NCBI GenBank assembly: GCA_965216755.1
Contig: CBDCGL010000011.1
Span: forward strand, 4,544,001-4,608,000
Direction: 5' to 3'
DNA: 64,000 bases
From: Alphaproteobacteria bacterium
Lineage (GTDB): Bacteria > Pseudomonadota > Alphaproteobacteria > UBA7887
Shown here: one piece after another, positions 19,902 to 28,400 of the stretch
Layout of the letters: every line of letters begins with the position of its first letter
Numbering within the stretch: position 1 is the first letter of the stretch
Program-made: the position numbers and the translations under genes
The notes under the pieces: model-generated
What the model saw: the letters and a program-made list of their open reading frames with translations, nothing else
Database searches by the model: none
What the model was told of the DNA's origin: nothing

Positions 19902-20104
19902 GATGGCCGGCAACTCCGATTGCGAGCGGGGCGGCATCATCGTGCATTGGCGCGGCAAGGGCCAGTGACAACAAAAATACTCGCTGTGATTATTTTTCTT
20001 CCCGTGAGCTGAGCATATCTTGTAGCGCTCATGAAAAGGGAAGGCTATATTTCGTGCCGGCAACGTTGGGAGGCACACATATCTATCCTATCGGGGGGCA
20101 TTGA

Positions 20105-20503
20105 ATGTCACTTTCTGACGCGGATTTGGACGTCACTAAGGGCTTGTACGAACGACTACTCTCTGAACTCTCCGACATGGAGGTCCGTCTACAAAAAGGG
20201 CACACCAACGCGGCGCGTCTGATGTGCGGGTCGTTGGTTTTTGCAGCGTCGGCCTATATCGGTTCGTGCCTCGCCGACGATGTATTCGAGGATGACAAGA
20301 AAGACGGGGACGTCGAAGACCAAGTCGAGTTGGTGGCCGGATGGATGCGTCTGTTTGGAGAACATGTGGCAAAGTCGTTACAACATCGCGTCGAGCACAA
20401 GCGGGATGTTGACAAGGATGTGCCGCCGCCGCTGGACGACGCGGGCGAGATCGACTTCTCGGGTTTCGATACACCAGTGTTTGCGCGCCAAGGGCTTCGC
20501 TGA
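20105..20503 (+). CDS. Hypothetical protein
   Basis: 132-aa ORF with a G-rich RBS; no motif recognised. Confidence 0.45.
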   Translation: MSLSDADLDVTKGLYERLLSELSDMEVRLQKGHTNAARLMCGSLVFAASAYIGSCLADDVFEDDKKDGDVEDQVELVAGWMRLFGEHVAKSLQHRVEHKRDVDKDVPPPLDDAGEIDFSGFDTPVFARQGLR

Positions 20504-20683
20504 TTTCCGCCCAAGATGGTCGCAGGCGCCGGCCGGCGCGTGTAGCCATTTGCTGATCGTTTGATGATTTGGATCAATGCGCGCGCATCCTGGCATGAGC
20601 TAAGGACAGCGTTTGGCGTCGGTAATTTCGATACTTAGTCGGAGTTCTGGCCAAACGCCTGAAATCAGTCCACGAGCTGTGTC

Positions 20684-21325
20684 ATGGCCTCAAGCCTCAT
20701 CGAGAGACCCGTGGATATTCTGGACGCAACCGTGCCTGGATATCTGCGTCTGCCGGATGCGCCGCAAGGAATTGTCGTCTATAGCGGCGACGATGACGAT
20801 CCACATGACGACGCCGTCGCAGAAGAGGCCGCCGTGGTATTGGATGGGCGCGCGATTGGGTTTCTGCGCGTGCCGTTGATGTCTCCGCGCGAACGGCTTG
20901 TTCATCACGCAGGTGCGGTCTTGGACATCAAACGCTTGGCCTTACATCTGATGGCGGTGACCGATTGGGCGGTGGGACAGGCGGATCTGGGCGACCTGTC
21001 CCTCGGCTATTTGGGTGTCGGCGCGGGCGGCGCCCCGGCGTTGATTGCCGCCGGAGATATGGGCACGCGTGTACGCGCGCTCGTCGTTGAACGTGGCCAT
21101 CCTGATCTTGCTAATCATGACCTTTCCAAGGTTACGGCGCCGACTCTGCTGGTGACCGGGGAAGTCGACTGGCCGCGTGTAACCGAGTCGATCGATGCCT
21201 TTCACATGTTGCGCTGTCAACGCGCGCTTCATGCCGTACCAAGCGTCGGCAATGTCTTTGCAGATCCCGACTCACGCGGCCACGTTTTGTCCGTCGCGGC
21301 CGATTGGTTTCAAAAGCATCTCTGA
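20684..21325 (+). CDS. Dienelactone-hydrolase-like alpha/beta hydrolase, probably degenerate
   Basis: LGYLGVGAGG at the nucleophile elbow (no Ser/Cys); HPDLA...VTAPTLLVTG; C-terminal ADWFQKHL. Confidence 0.6.
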   Translation: MASSLIERPVDILDATVPGYLRLPDAPQGIVVYSGDDDDPHDDAVAEEAAVVLDGRAIGFLRVPLMSPRERLVHHAGAVLDIKRLALHLMAVTDWAVGQADLGDLSLGYLGVGAGGAPALIAAGDMGTRVRALVVERGHPDLANHDLSKVTAPTLLVTGEVDWPRVTESIDAFHMLRCQRALHAVPSVGNVFADPDSRGHVLSVAADWFQKHL

Positions 21326-21356
21326 TCCATTTTTGGGCACTGTCTGTCCGCCGTGT

Positions 21357-21815
21357 TTCGGCATCCCCATTTATGGCACGATGACCCATTCCTATGTGCA
21401 AGCCCACGACAGTGAGGCGATGGCCTTTGAGAGCTTCGCGCGCCCACGTCCGGAAAGCGTGGTGCTGCTGATTGATACCTACGACACCGAAAACGGCGCG
21501 CGCAAGGTCGCTGCCTTGGCACCGAAATTACGTGGGTCCGGGATCTCGGTGCACGGCGTCCGATTGGACAGCGGCCATTTAATTGAATACGCACATACCG
21601 TGCGCGCAATATTGGATGATGCCGGGCTACGTGGAATTACGATTTTTGCAAGCGGTGGCCTAGATGAAAATGCCTTGCGGCGGATCACCGCGTCGCGCGC
21701 GCCGATTGATGGGTTCGGCATTGGCTCCAGCCTGACCACGGTGGCCGACGCGCCGGCGCTGCATGCGTTGACCATGGCCGTCGGTCGAGACAATCCGGAT
21801 TTGACCAACCGCTAA
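21357..21815 (+). pseudogene. pncB: Nicotinate phosphoribosyltransferase internal fragment
   Basis: GIPIYGTMTHSYVQ, LLIDTYD, GVRLDSG, IFASGGLDE and IDGFGIGS are present; the N-terminal and C-terminal parts are missing. Confidence 0.75.
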
Positions 21816-21876
21816 ACCGTTTCCGTTCCGCGCTTGTTCACGAAATTACAAGCCCCCGCTGTGATTTCGGTTTGAT

Positions 21877-21897
21877 TATACAAATGGATTTTGTATA
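21877..21897. promoter_or_regulatory. Palindromic operator candidate upstream of rrf2-cysK
   Basis: TATACAAA-TGGAT-TTTGTATA, a perfect 8-5-8 inverted repeat in an AT-rich promoter region. Confidence 0.5.
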
Positions 21898-21962
21898 TGT
21901 ATATAGAAGACACGCAATATCTGTCGATCGCAATAATGATCCACAGTCTGTTGAAGTAGGGC

Positions 21963-22418
21963 ATGACATTGATTCTGCGTTTTTCCGATAAGGAAATCGC
22001 GGCCATCGAAGCAGTCCTGGATATCGCTTTGAATGGCGGCGGAGGGCCTGTGCAAAGCCGCGATATCACGCGGCGCCAAGGCATTCCGCCGCGCTATTTG
22101 GAACCGGTGTTGCAACAGCTCGGCCGGGCTGGGCTCATCGTCGGTATTCGTGGGCCGAACGGTGGTTATCGTCTCGCTCGCGAGCGTCGGCGAATCACGC
22201 TTGCGGACCTGCTCAATGCCATGGAGCCGGAGCGGACCGCTACCCACGGGTCTGCGAATGATGATCCTTTGCGGTCCATGCTTCAGGGCGTTTTCGAAGG
22301 TCTGGAAAGCGACATGCAGGCGCGTTTGGCGGCGGTTACGGTCGAGGCATTGTGTTGGCGCGCGCACGGGCTTATGCAAGCCGAAGCGCCCGACGGAAAA
22401 GTGAGTTTCAGCATTTGA
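21963..22418 (+). CDS. Rrf2 family transcriptional regulator (CymR-like position, no Fe-S Cys triad)
   Basis: IPPRYLEPVLQQL, GIRGPNGGYRLAR and ITLADL; directly upstream of cysK. Confidence 0.85.
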   Translation: MTLILRFSDKEIAAIEAVLDIALNGGGGPVQSRDITRRQGIPPRYLEPVLQQLGRAGLIVGIRGPNGGYRLARERRRITLADLLNAMEPERTATHGSANDDPLRSMLQGVFEGLESDMQARLAAVTVEALCWRAHGLMQAEAPDGKVSFSI

Positions 22419-22428
22419 GTGCGCGGTC

Positions 22429-23430
22429 ATGACCAAAGTCGCGCCAAAGCGCCGGGCCAACCAAGGCATGGCGCAAACCGGCATCGTGCCCCACCGTGGG
22501 CGCGTTTTTGATGATGTGTTGCAGACCATCGGTTGTACGCCGGTGATCCGCCTCAGTCGTTTGATGGCGCGCCATGGCTGCGCCGGCGACGTCCTTGGAA
22601 AATGTGAATTTTTCAACCCGTTGGGTTCGGTCAAGGATCGTATCGGCTATGCCATGATCGAGGCGGCCGAGCGAGAAGGCCAGCTGTCGCCCGGCACCGT
22701 CGTGATCGAGCCGACTTCGGGCAACACCGGGATCGCGCTGGCGTTCGTGTGCGCGGTCAAGGGCTATCGGTTGATACTGACGATGCCAGCGGGGTTGTCG
22801 AACGAACGCACCAAGATGTTGCGTTTGTTGGGGGCGGAAATCGAATTGACACCCGCGGCACTGGGGATGCGCGGCGCCATCGACCGTGCCCACGCATTGG
22901 TTCAACAGGTACCCTCGGCCTTTATGCCGCACCAGTTTGCAAACGCTGCCAATCCTGACGTGCACAGCCAAACGACGGCCGAGGAGATCTGGTTGGATAC
23001 CGGCGGACACGTTGATGTCTTGGTCAGCGCAATTGGCACGGGCGGGACTTTTACGGGCGTCGCCCGTGTGCTCAAGGCGCGGAATCCAGAATTACGGCTG
23101 GTGGCCGTCGAGCCGGAAGACAGCCCTGTCTTGTCCGGCGGTCCGGCTGGCGTGCACCAAATCCAGGGAATCGGGGCCGGTTTCGTGCCGGAGATCTTGG
23201 CCACCGATTTCATCGACGAAGTGCTGCGTATCGGCAACGAGACCGCTTTCGCGACCGCGCGCGAAGTTGCCCGGTTCGAGGGCTTGCCCGTCGGCATTTC
23301 GTCGGGTTCTGCCTTGGCGGCGGCGCTGGAAGTGGCGACGCGCCCGGAGATGGCCGGCAAACAAATCGTCGTCATTTTGGCGTCATTCGCCGAACGCTAT
23401 CTTTCATCGGCCTTGTTCGAGGGCATTTAA
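22429..23430 (+). CDS. cysK: Cysteine synthase A
   Basis: NPLGSVKDRIG (PLP Lys), EPTSGNTG, GTGGT, HQIQGIG and ERYLS. Confidence 0.95.
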   Translation: MTKVAPKRRANQGMAQTGIVPHRGRVFDDVLQTIGCTPVIRLSRLMARHGCAGDVLGKCEFFNPLGSVKDRIGYAMIEAAEREGQLSPGTVVIEPTSGNTGIALAFVCAVKGYRLILTMPAGLSNERTKMLRLLGAEIELTPAALGMRGAIDRAHALVQQVPSAFMPHQFANAANPDVHSQTTAEEIWLDTGGHVDVLVSAIGTGGTFTGVARVLKARNPELRLVAVEPEDSPVLSGGPAGVHQIQGIGAGFVPEILATDFIDEVLRIGNETAFATAREVARFEGLPVGISSGSALAAALEVATRPEMAGKQIVVILASFAERYLSSALFEGI

Positions 23431-23511
23431 GCGTCGGCACACGGGCGCAGTTCCACCCGCGCATTCCGACACGTGAAGCCGCACAATGCGGCAGCATCGG
23501 CGGTCGCAAAA

Positions 23512-23532
23512 AATACAGAAAATAAATGTATT
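23512..23532. promoter_or_regulatory. Second ATACA-N9-TGTAT palindrome, upstream of the cobA-cysI-cysH operon
   Basis: AATACA-GAAAATAAA-TGTATT; same core and spacing as the site at 21877. Confidence 0.5.
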
Positions 23533-23619
23533 GAAATGTAATTCACGTGATGATGTCGTTGCTACACGGAAAGAGCGAATCACGGACGTTTATTATACAT
23601 ATTCCGGATAGGAGCCGAT

Positions 23620-23808
23620 ATGGCGATGACGGCCTTGGCACGCCAATTTCAGACCCAAGAACGACTCGATCGGAATCGGATTCAGACCAATCTGCCGGCC
23701 GGTGCGCCGAGCCATGAGACCGATAAGGAACCCATTGCACCAACCGAACGCCAAAGTGAGGTGACGCCGGCGACGGCCGAACCACTTGTCTGGCGCGCCC
23801 ATTGGTAG
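23620..23808 (+). CDS. Small hypothetical ORF leading the sulfate-reduction operon
   Basis: AGGAG at 23610-23614; 62 aa; overlaps the start of the cobA frame. Confidence 0.3.
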   Translation: MAMTALARQFQTQERLDRNRIQTNLPAGAPSHETDKEPIAPTERQSEVTPATAEPLVWRAHW

Positions 23809-24685
23809 ACGCAACGTGACACGACTCACGAAATCGCCGCCAGCAGACGCGGCACCTGCACCTATCGTCGCCTTTGCTGATCGGGCCGCCGCGGCCGCGC
23901 CGGCACGCGACGGCCAGGGGCGGGTCACGTTGGTTGGCGCCGGTCCCGGGGACCCCGACCTGTTGACCTTGCGGGCGGTCCAGGCTTTACGGCGCGCGGA
24001 CGTCGTGATCTACGACGGCTTGGTCGATTTGCAAATTCTGGATCATGTCCGTCCTGGTGCGCATCGCGTGTTGGCCGGCAAACGGGCCGGGCGGCCGGGT
24101 CGTTCACAGCTAGAGATCAACGCCATGATGGTGCACCACGCGCGCTTGGGCCGCGATGTTGTGCGGCTTAAAGGTGGCGATCCGATGATTTTCGGCCGTG
24201 CCGGCGAGGAACTCGCCTATTTGCGCGGTCATAGCATTGCGGTTGATGTTGTGCCCGGCGTAACCGCCGCGACCGGTTGCGCTGCGGCGGCCGGATTTTC
24301 GCTCACCCACCGGGATGCCTCTCACGCAGTGACGTTCTTGACCGGGCAGGAATGCTGTCAGACATCGGCGCTCGATTGGCGGGCATTGGCCACGCTCGAT
24401 CAAACCATGGTGGTCTACATGGGTGTCGGGTCGGCGGCGACAGTCGCGGTTCGCTTGATCGAACACGGTATGTCGGCGGAAAAACCAATTGCCATCATCG
24501 AAAACGGCACGCGGCCGAACAGTCGGACGTTGCGCGGCCAACTGTGTGATTTGGCGAGTCTGATCGCGGACCACGGCATTCGATCACCCGCGCTGCTGGT
24601 CATTGGCGATGTCACCACGTCCGTGAATACATCCATCGAAGCCATTGCAACGCACGGTCACTTTTCGATAGGGAGCCAGTCATGA
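23786..24685 (+). CDS. cobA: Uroporphyrinogen-III C-methyltransferase (CysG methyltransferase domain); start uncertain
   Basis: VTLVGAGPGDPDLLT, VRLKGGDPMIFGR, VPGVTAA and VVYMG. Confidence 0.9.
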   Translation: MSGAPIGRRNVTRLTKSPPADAAPAPIVAFADRAAAAAPARDGQGRVTLVGAGPGDPDLLTLRAVQALRRADVVIYDGLVDLQILDHVRPGAHRVLAGKRAGRPGRSQLEINAMMVHHARLGRDVVRLKGGDPMIFGRAGEELAYLRGHSIAVDVVPGVTAATGCAAAAGFSLTHRDASHAVTFLTGQECCQTSALDWRALATLDQTMVVYMGVGSAATVAVRLIEHGMSAEKPIAIIENGTRPNSRTLRGQLCDLASLIADHGIRSPALLVIGDVTTSVNTSIEAIATHGHFSIGSQS

Positions 24686-24984
24686 GTGATAAGATCATTA
24701 CTGCCAATCGCTTGAGCGATGGTCGCGTCATCTATCTGGCTAACTCTGGCAACTGGACCGAAGAACTGGCTGAAGCCGCGCGCGCCGCGGATCCGGGCGC
24801 CGAAGCCCGTCTGTTGGCTGTGGCGGAAGACGAAAGTCAGCGATGGATCGCTATCTCGCCCTACGTAATCGACGTGGGTGATTCAGCCGATACGACGCGG
24901 CCAAAGAGGTTCAGAGAATGGATCCGCGCGTTCGGCCCGACCATACGCACCCCTGTTGGGCCCCAGCCAGATCAACAGGTTTGA
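24682..24984 (+). CDS. DUF2849 domain protein
   Basis: KIITANRLSDGRVIYL and REWIRAFGPT; usual position before alphaproteobacterial cysI. Confidence 0.85.
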   Translation: MSDKIITANRLSDGRVIYLANSGNWTEELAEAARAADPGAEARLLAVAEDESQRWIAISPYVIDVGDSADTTRPKRFREWIRAFGPTIRTPVGPQPDQQV

Positions 24985-24986
24985 TC

Positions 24987-26645
24987 ATGTATCGCTATGA
25001 CGAATACGATCACACTCTGGTGCGTGAACGCATTGCCCAGTTCCGCGACCAAGTCGCGCGGCGTATCAGCGGCGATCTCACCGAGGACGAGTTCAAGCCG
25101 TTACGCTTGATGAATGGCCTCTATTTACAACTGCACGCCTATATGCTGCGGGTCGCGATACCCTATGGCACGTTGTCGTCAGGGCAGTTGCGCGCTTTGG
25201 CTGATATCGCGCGCCGCTTTGATAAAGGCTACGGGCATTTTACCACCCGGCAGAACCTCCAATACAACTGGCCGAAATTGGTTGAGACGCCCGATATTCT
25301 CGATGCGTTGGCTGATGTTGAGATGCATGCCATACAAACCAGTGGCAATTGCATACGCAATGTCACAGCTGACCCTTATGCGGGCGTCGCCGCCGACGAA
25401 ATTGAGGACCCCAGAGTCTATTGCGAGTTGATTCGTCAGTGGTCAACCCTGCATCCGGAATTCTCTTTCCTGCCACGCAAGTTCAAGATCGCTGTGACTG
25501 GGGCCAGGCAGGATCGCGCCGCTGTGCGGGTTCATGACATTGGCCTGGTTATGAAACGGTCGGACGACGGCGAGATCGGTTTTGAGGTGATGGTTGGTGG
25601 CGGCCAAGGTCGCACGCCCCGGCTCGCACGAACCATACGCCCATTTCTGGCCAAGCGAGACATGCTGTCCTATTTGGAGGCCATCCTGCGTGTCTACAAT
25701 CAGCTTGGCCGGCGCGACAATCTCTATAAGGCGCGGATCAAGATCCTGGTTGACCAGGTGGGCGTCGACGCATTCCGCGATATGGTTGAGGAGGCGTGGG
25801 CGTCTATACGAGACGGAGTCCTGGATCTTGACGGGGAGGCGTTGGAACGAATTGCGGCGTTCTTCGCGCCGCCGAACTACGAGTCTTTGTCGGCAAGGTG
25901 CCAGGCGCTGGACGAGGCCCGTTCTGCCGATGCAGATTTTGATCGCTGGGTCGCGACCAATGTACGTCCCCACAAACAGCCGGGATACGGAATTGTTGAA
26001 ATTTCACTGAAGCCGATCGGTGGGATCCCGGGCGACGCCACGGCTGCGCAGATGGAAACCGTTGCCGATTTGGCCGAAGTCTATGGTTTCGGCGAGATTC
26101 GCGTTAACCATACACAAAACCTGGTGCTGCCCGATGTGCGGTTGCAGGACCTCGCCGATTTGTGGCGTGTCCTGGTCGCCAATGGGCTTGGCACGGCCAA
26201 TCTGGGTCTGGTCAGTGATATCATTGCCTGCCCAGGGCTGGACTATTGCGCTTTGGCGAATGCCCGGTCGATACCGGTGGCAACAGCCATCTCACGGCGT
26301 TTCCACGATTTGGATCGCCAGCACAATATTGGTGAGCTGAATATAAAAATCTCGGGCTGTATCAACGCGTGCGGCCACCATCATGTTGGTCACATCGGGA
26401 TTCTCGGCGTCGATCGCAAAGGTGAAGAGTATTACCAGGTTACCCTGGGCGGGACGGCCGACAATGGCGCCGCGATTGGCAAGATCATTGGGCCGGCGTT
26501 CGCCGAGAACAAGATCGTCGATGCGGTCGAAACGATCGTCGATACGTATTTGGAATTGCGCGCCAACGACGATGAGCGCTTTGTCGAGACCTATCGTCGT
26601 GTTGGCGCATCACCTTTCGCGGAGGTCCTCTATGGTTCTCGTTAG
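24987..26645 (+). CDS. cysI: Sulfite reductase hemoprotein (siroheme/4Fe-4S)
   Basis: MYRYDEYD start; HFTTRQN, LPRKFK, IACPGLDYC and SGCINACGHH. Confidence 0.92.
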   Translation: MYRYDEYDHTLVRERIAQFRDQVARRISGDLTEDEFKPLRLMNGLYLQLHAYMLRVAIPYGTLSSGQLRALADIARRFDKGYGHFTTRQNLQYNWPKLVETPDILDALADVEMHAIQTSGNCIRNVTADPYAGVAADEIEDPRVYCELIRQWSTLHPEFSFLPRKFKIAVTGARQDRAAVRVHDIGLVMKRSDDGEIGFEVMVGGGQGRTPRLARTIRPFLAKRDMLSYLEAILRVYNQLGRRDNLYKARIKILVDQVGVDAFRDMVEEAWASIRDGVLDLDGEALERIAAFFAPPNYESLSARCQALDEARSADADFDRWVATNVRPHKQPGYGIVEISLKPIGGIPGDATAAQMETVADLAEVYGFGEIRVNHTQNLVLPDVRLQDLADLWRVLVANGLGTANLGLVSDIIACPGLDYCALANARSIPVATAISRRFHDLDRQHNIGELNIKISGCINACGHHHVGHIGILGVDRKGEEYYQVTLGGTADNGAAIGKIIGPAFAENKIVDAVETIVDTYLELRANDDERFVETYRRVGASPFAEVLYGSR

Positions 26646-27906
26646 AGACGGCGGCACGGCCGAAGATATTTGGCTGAAGGTCGACGACGAGGCCGCTTTG
26701 CCCGCGGATGGCGCAGTTCTTGTGTCGTTGGCGCGTTGGCGGCGCGATCGGGACGTTCTGCTGGGCCGCGGAGACGTCGTCGGCGTGCGCCTGGCGAGCG
26801 ATCAGGAGCCAAAGGAAATTGCCGAGGACCTCGATGCGTTGTCGCTTGTCGCGCTTGAGTTCCCCCGATTCACGGACGGGCGCGCCTTTTCACACGCCAG
26901 AGTATTGCGCGAAAACTATCGTTTTCGTGGCGAGATCAGGGCGGTTGGCAAGGTCTTGCGTGACCAGTTCTTGTTTTTGCAACGGTGTGGCTTTGACACG
27001 GTCGAAGTGGACAATGCTGCCGATGCTGCTGCCTGGCCAGCGGCGACATCTGAGATATCGGTATTCTATCAACCGAGCACGGACGGCCGCGCGACGCCGT
27101 CCATGCTCCGTCGGCGGTTGTCGGCCGGTGCGAATGCCCAAAGTGAATGCGGTGTCGTGCGGTCGTTCCTCCACGACCGGTCTGGGCCGGCGACCGCCGC
27201 GCGCATGGCACGCGACTTGAACCGTCGCTACGGCCACCTTGACGGCGAAGAGCTGCTGCGGCCGCTCATGACACAGGTTTTTCCTGAAAGGATCGCATTG
27301 GTGACGGCGTTTGGCGCCGAATCGGTGGTGTTGCTCGACATGGTCGCGCGCATCAACACGGCAACCCCGATCATCTTCCTGGACACGGGCAAGCATTTTG
27401 ATGAGACGTTGGCTTATCGTGATGAGCTGGTGCAGACCTTTGGGTTGACTGACGTGCGCGCGATTGGCCCCAATCTTGACAGTATCCGTCGCGCCGACGC
27501 GGCTGGCACATTGTGGGCCAGCAACCCCGATCGGTGCTGCTACTTGCGCAAGGTCGAACCATTGCGCCGCGCCCTGATCGGGTTTGATGCCTGGATCGCC
27601 GGCGCCAAACGCTATCACGGCGCTGGGCGGGAAGCCTTGCCGGTGATTGAGGCCGACGGCGGCCGCATCAAGATCAATCCTCTGGCAAGTTGGTCGCCCG
27701 ATGACGTGGATCAGGCTTTAGCAGCACGTCAACTTCCTCGGCATCCCCTGGTGGCCGCGGGTTTCCTGTCGATTGGCTGCGCACCGTGCACCGCGCCAAC
27801 CGGCGACGCGGCGCGACCGCGCAGCGGCCGTTGGCCGGGTTTCGAGAAGACCGAATGTGGCATTCATATGCGCCAGTTTGGCGCCGTGGCCGGGGGAAAG
27901 CTCTAG
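26632..27906 (+). CDS. cysH: Fusion of DUF934 with APS/PAPS reductase
   Basis: N-terminal FPRFTDGRAFS...RAVGKVLRDQ...RCGFD (DUF934), in frame with AFGAES, FLDTG, CCYLRKVEP, SIGCAPCT and ECGIH. Confidence 0.85.
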   Translation: MVLVRDGGTAEDIWLKVDDEAALPADGAVLVSLARWRRDRDVLLGRGDVVGVRLASDQEPKEIAEDLDALSLVALEFPRFTDGRAFSHARVLRENYRFRGEIRAVGKVLRDQFLFLQRCGFDTVEVDNAADAAAWPAATSEISVFYQPSTDGRATPSMLRRRLSAGANAQSECGVVRSFLHDRSGPATAARMARDLNRRYGHLDGEELLRPLMTQVFPERIALVTAFGAESVVLLDMVARINTATPIIFLDTGKHFDETLAYRDELVQTFGLTDVRAIGPNLDSIRRADAAGTLWASNPDRCCYLRKVEPLRRALIGFDAWIAGAKRYHGAGREALPVIEADGGRIKINPLASWSPDDVDQALAARQLPRHPLVAAGFLSIGCAPCTAPTGDAARPRSGRWPGFEKTECGIHMRQFGAVAGGKL

Positions 27907-28400
27907 GGCACTCCACTCAAATGCATCGCCCTAGCCGCTTTGCCATTTCAGGATGCATGCCTTATTTGGCGCATATTGCGCATTAGGTTAGAGTCACCGA
28001 CGTGGCAAGGAATGTACGGTCGGCCTCAAAGTCCATCCAACACGCCATCTGCGCCATCAATTGCCCCAACATTGTCGCACGTTCAATGGCGTGTTGGTCG
28101 GCCGCGCAAGGCTTTACGCTGATATAACGTAGCGCGATCCACGAACGGACGTGCGCTGTACGGGCAATACGACGGCAGGCTCCATCCGCTCGGAACACTG
28201 CCGCATCAGTGCGTACGACATCGCGGTCAACTCTAGAATTTGCTGTGAGATATCAATACCCGCGCTCGCCATTCAATCGGTGAACGCGGTCGGTTTTGCG
28301 GCACCCGTCGCTTATTGATCAACCTTGTCGTTGAACACCGCCGCAGCATGGCGTTGGCTATCCTCGGTCGAGGGATTATCTTTACATACGGCGTCCGTCG

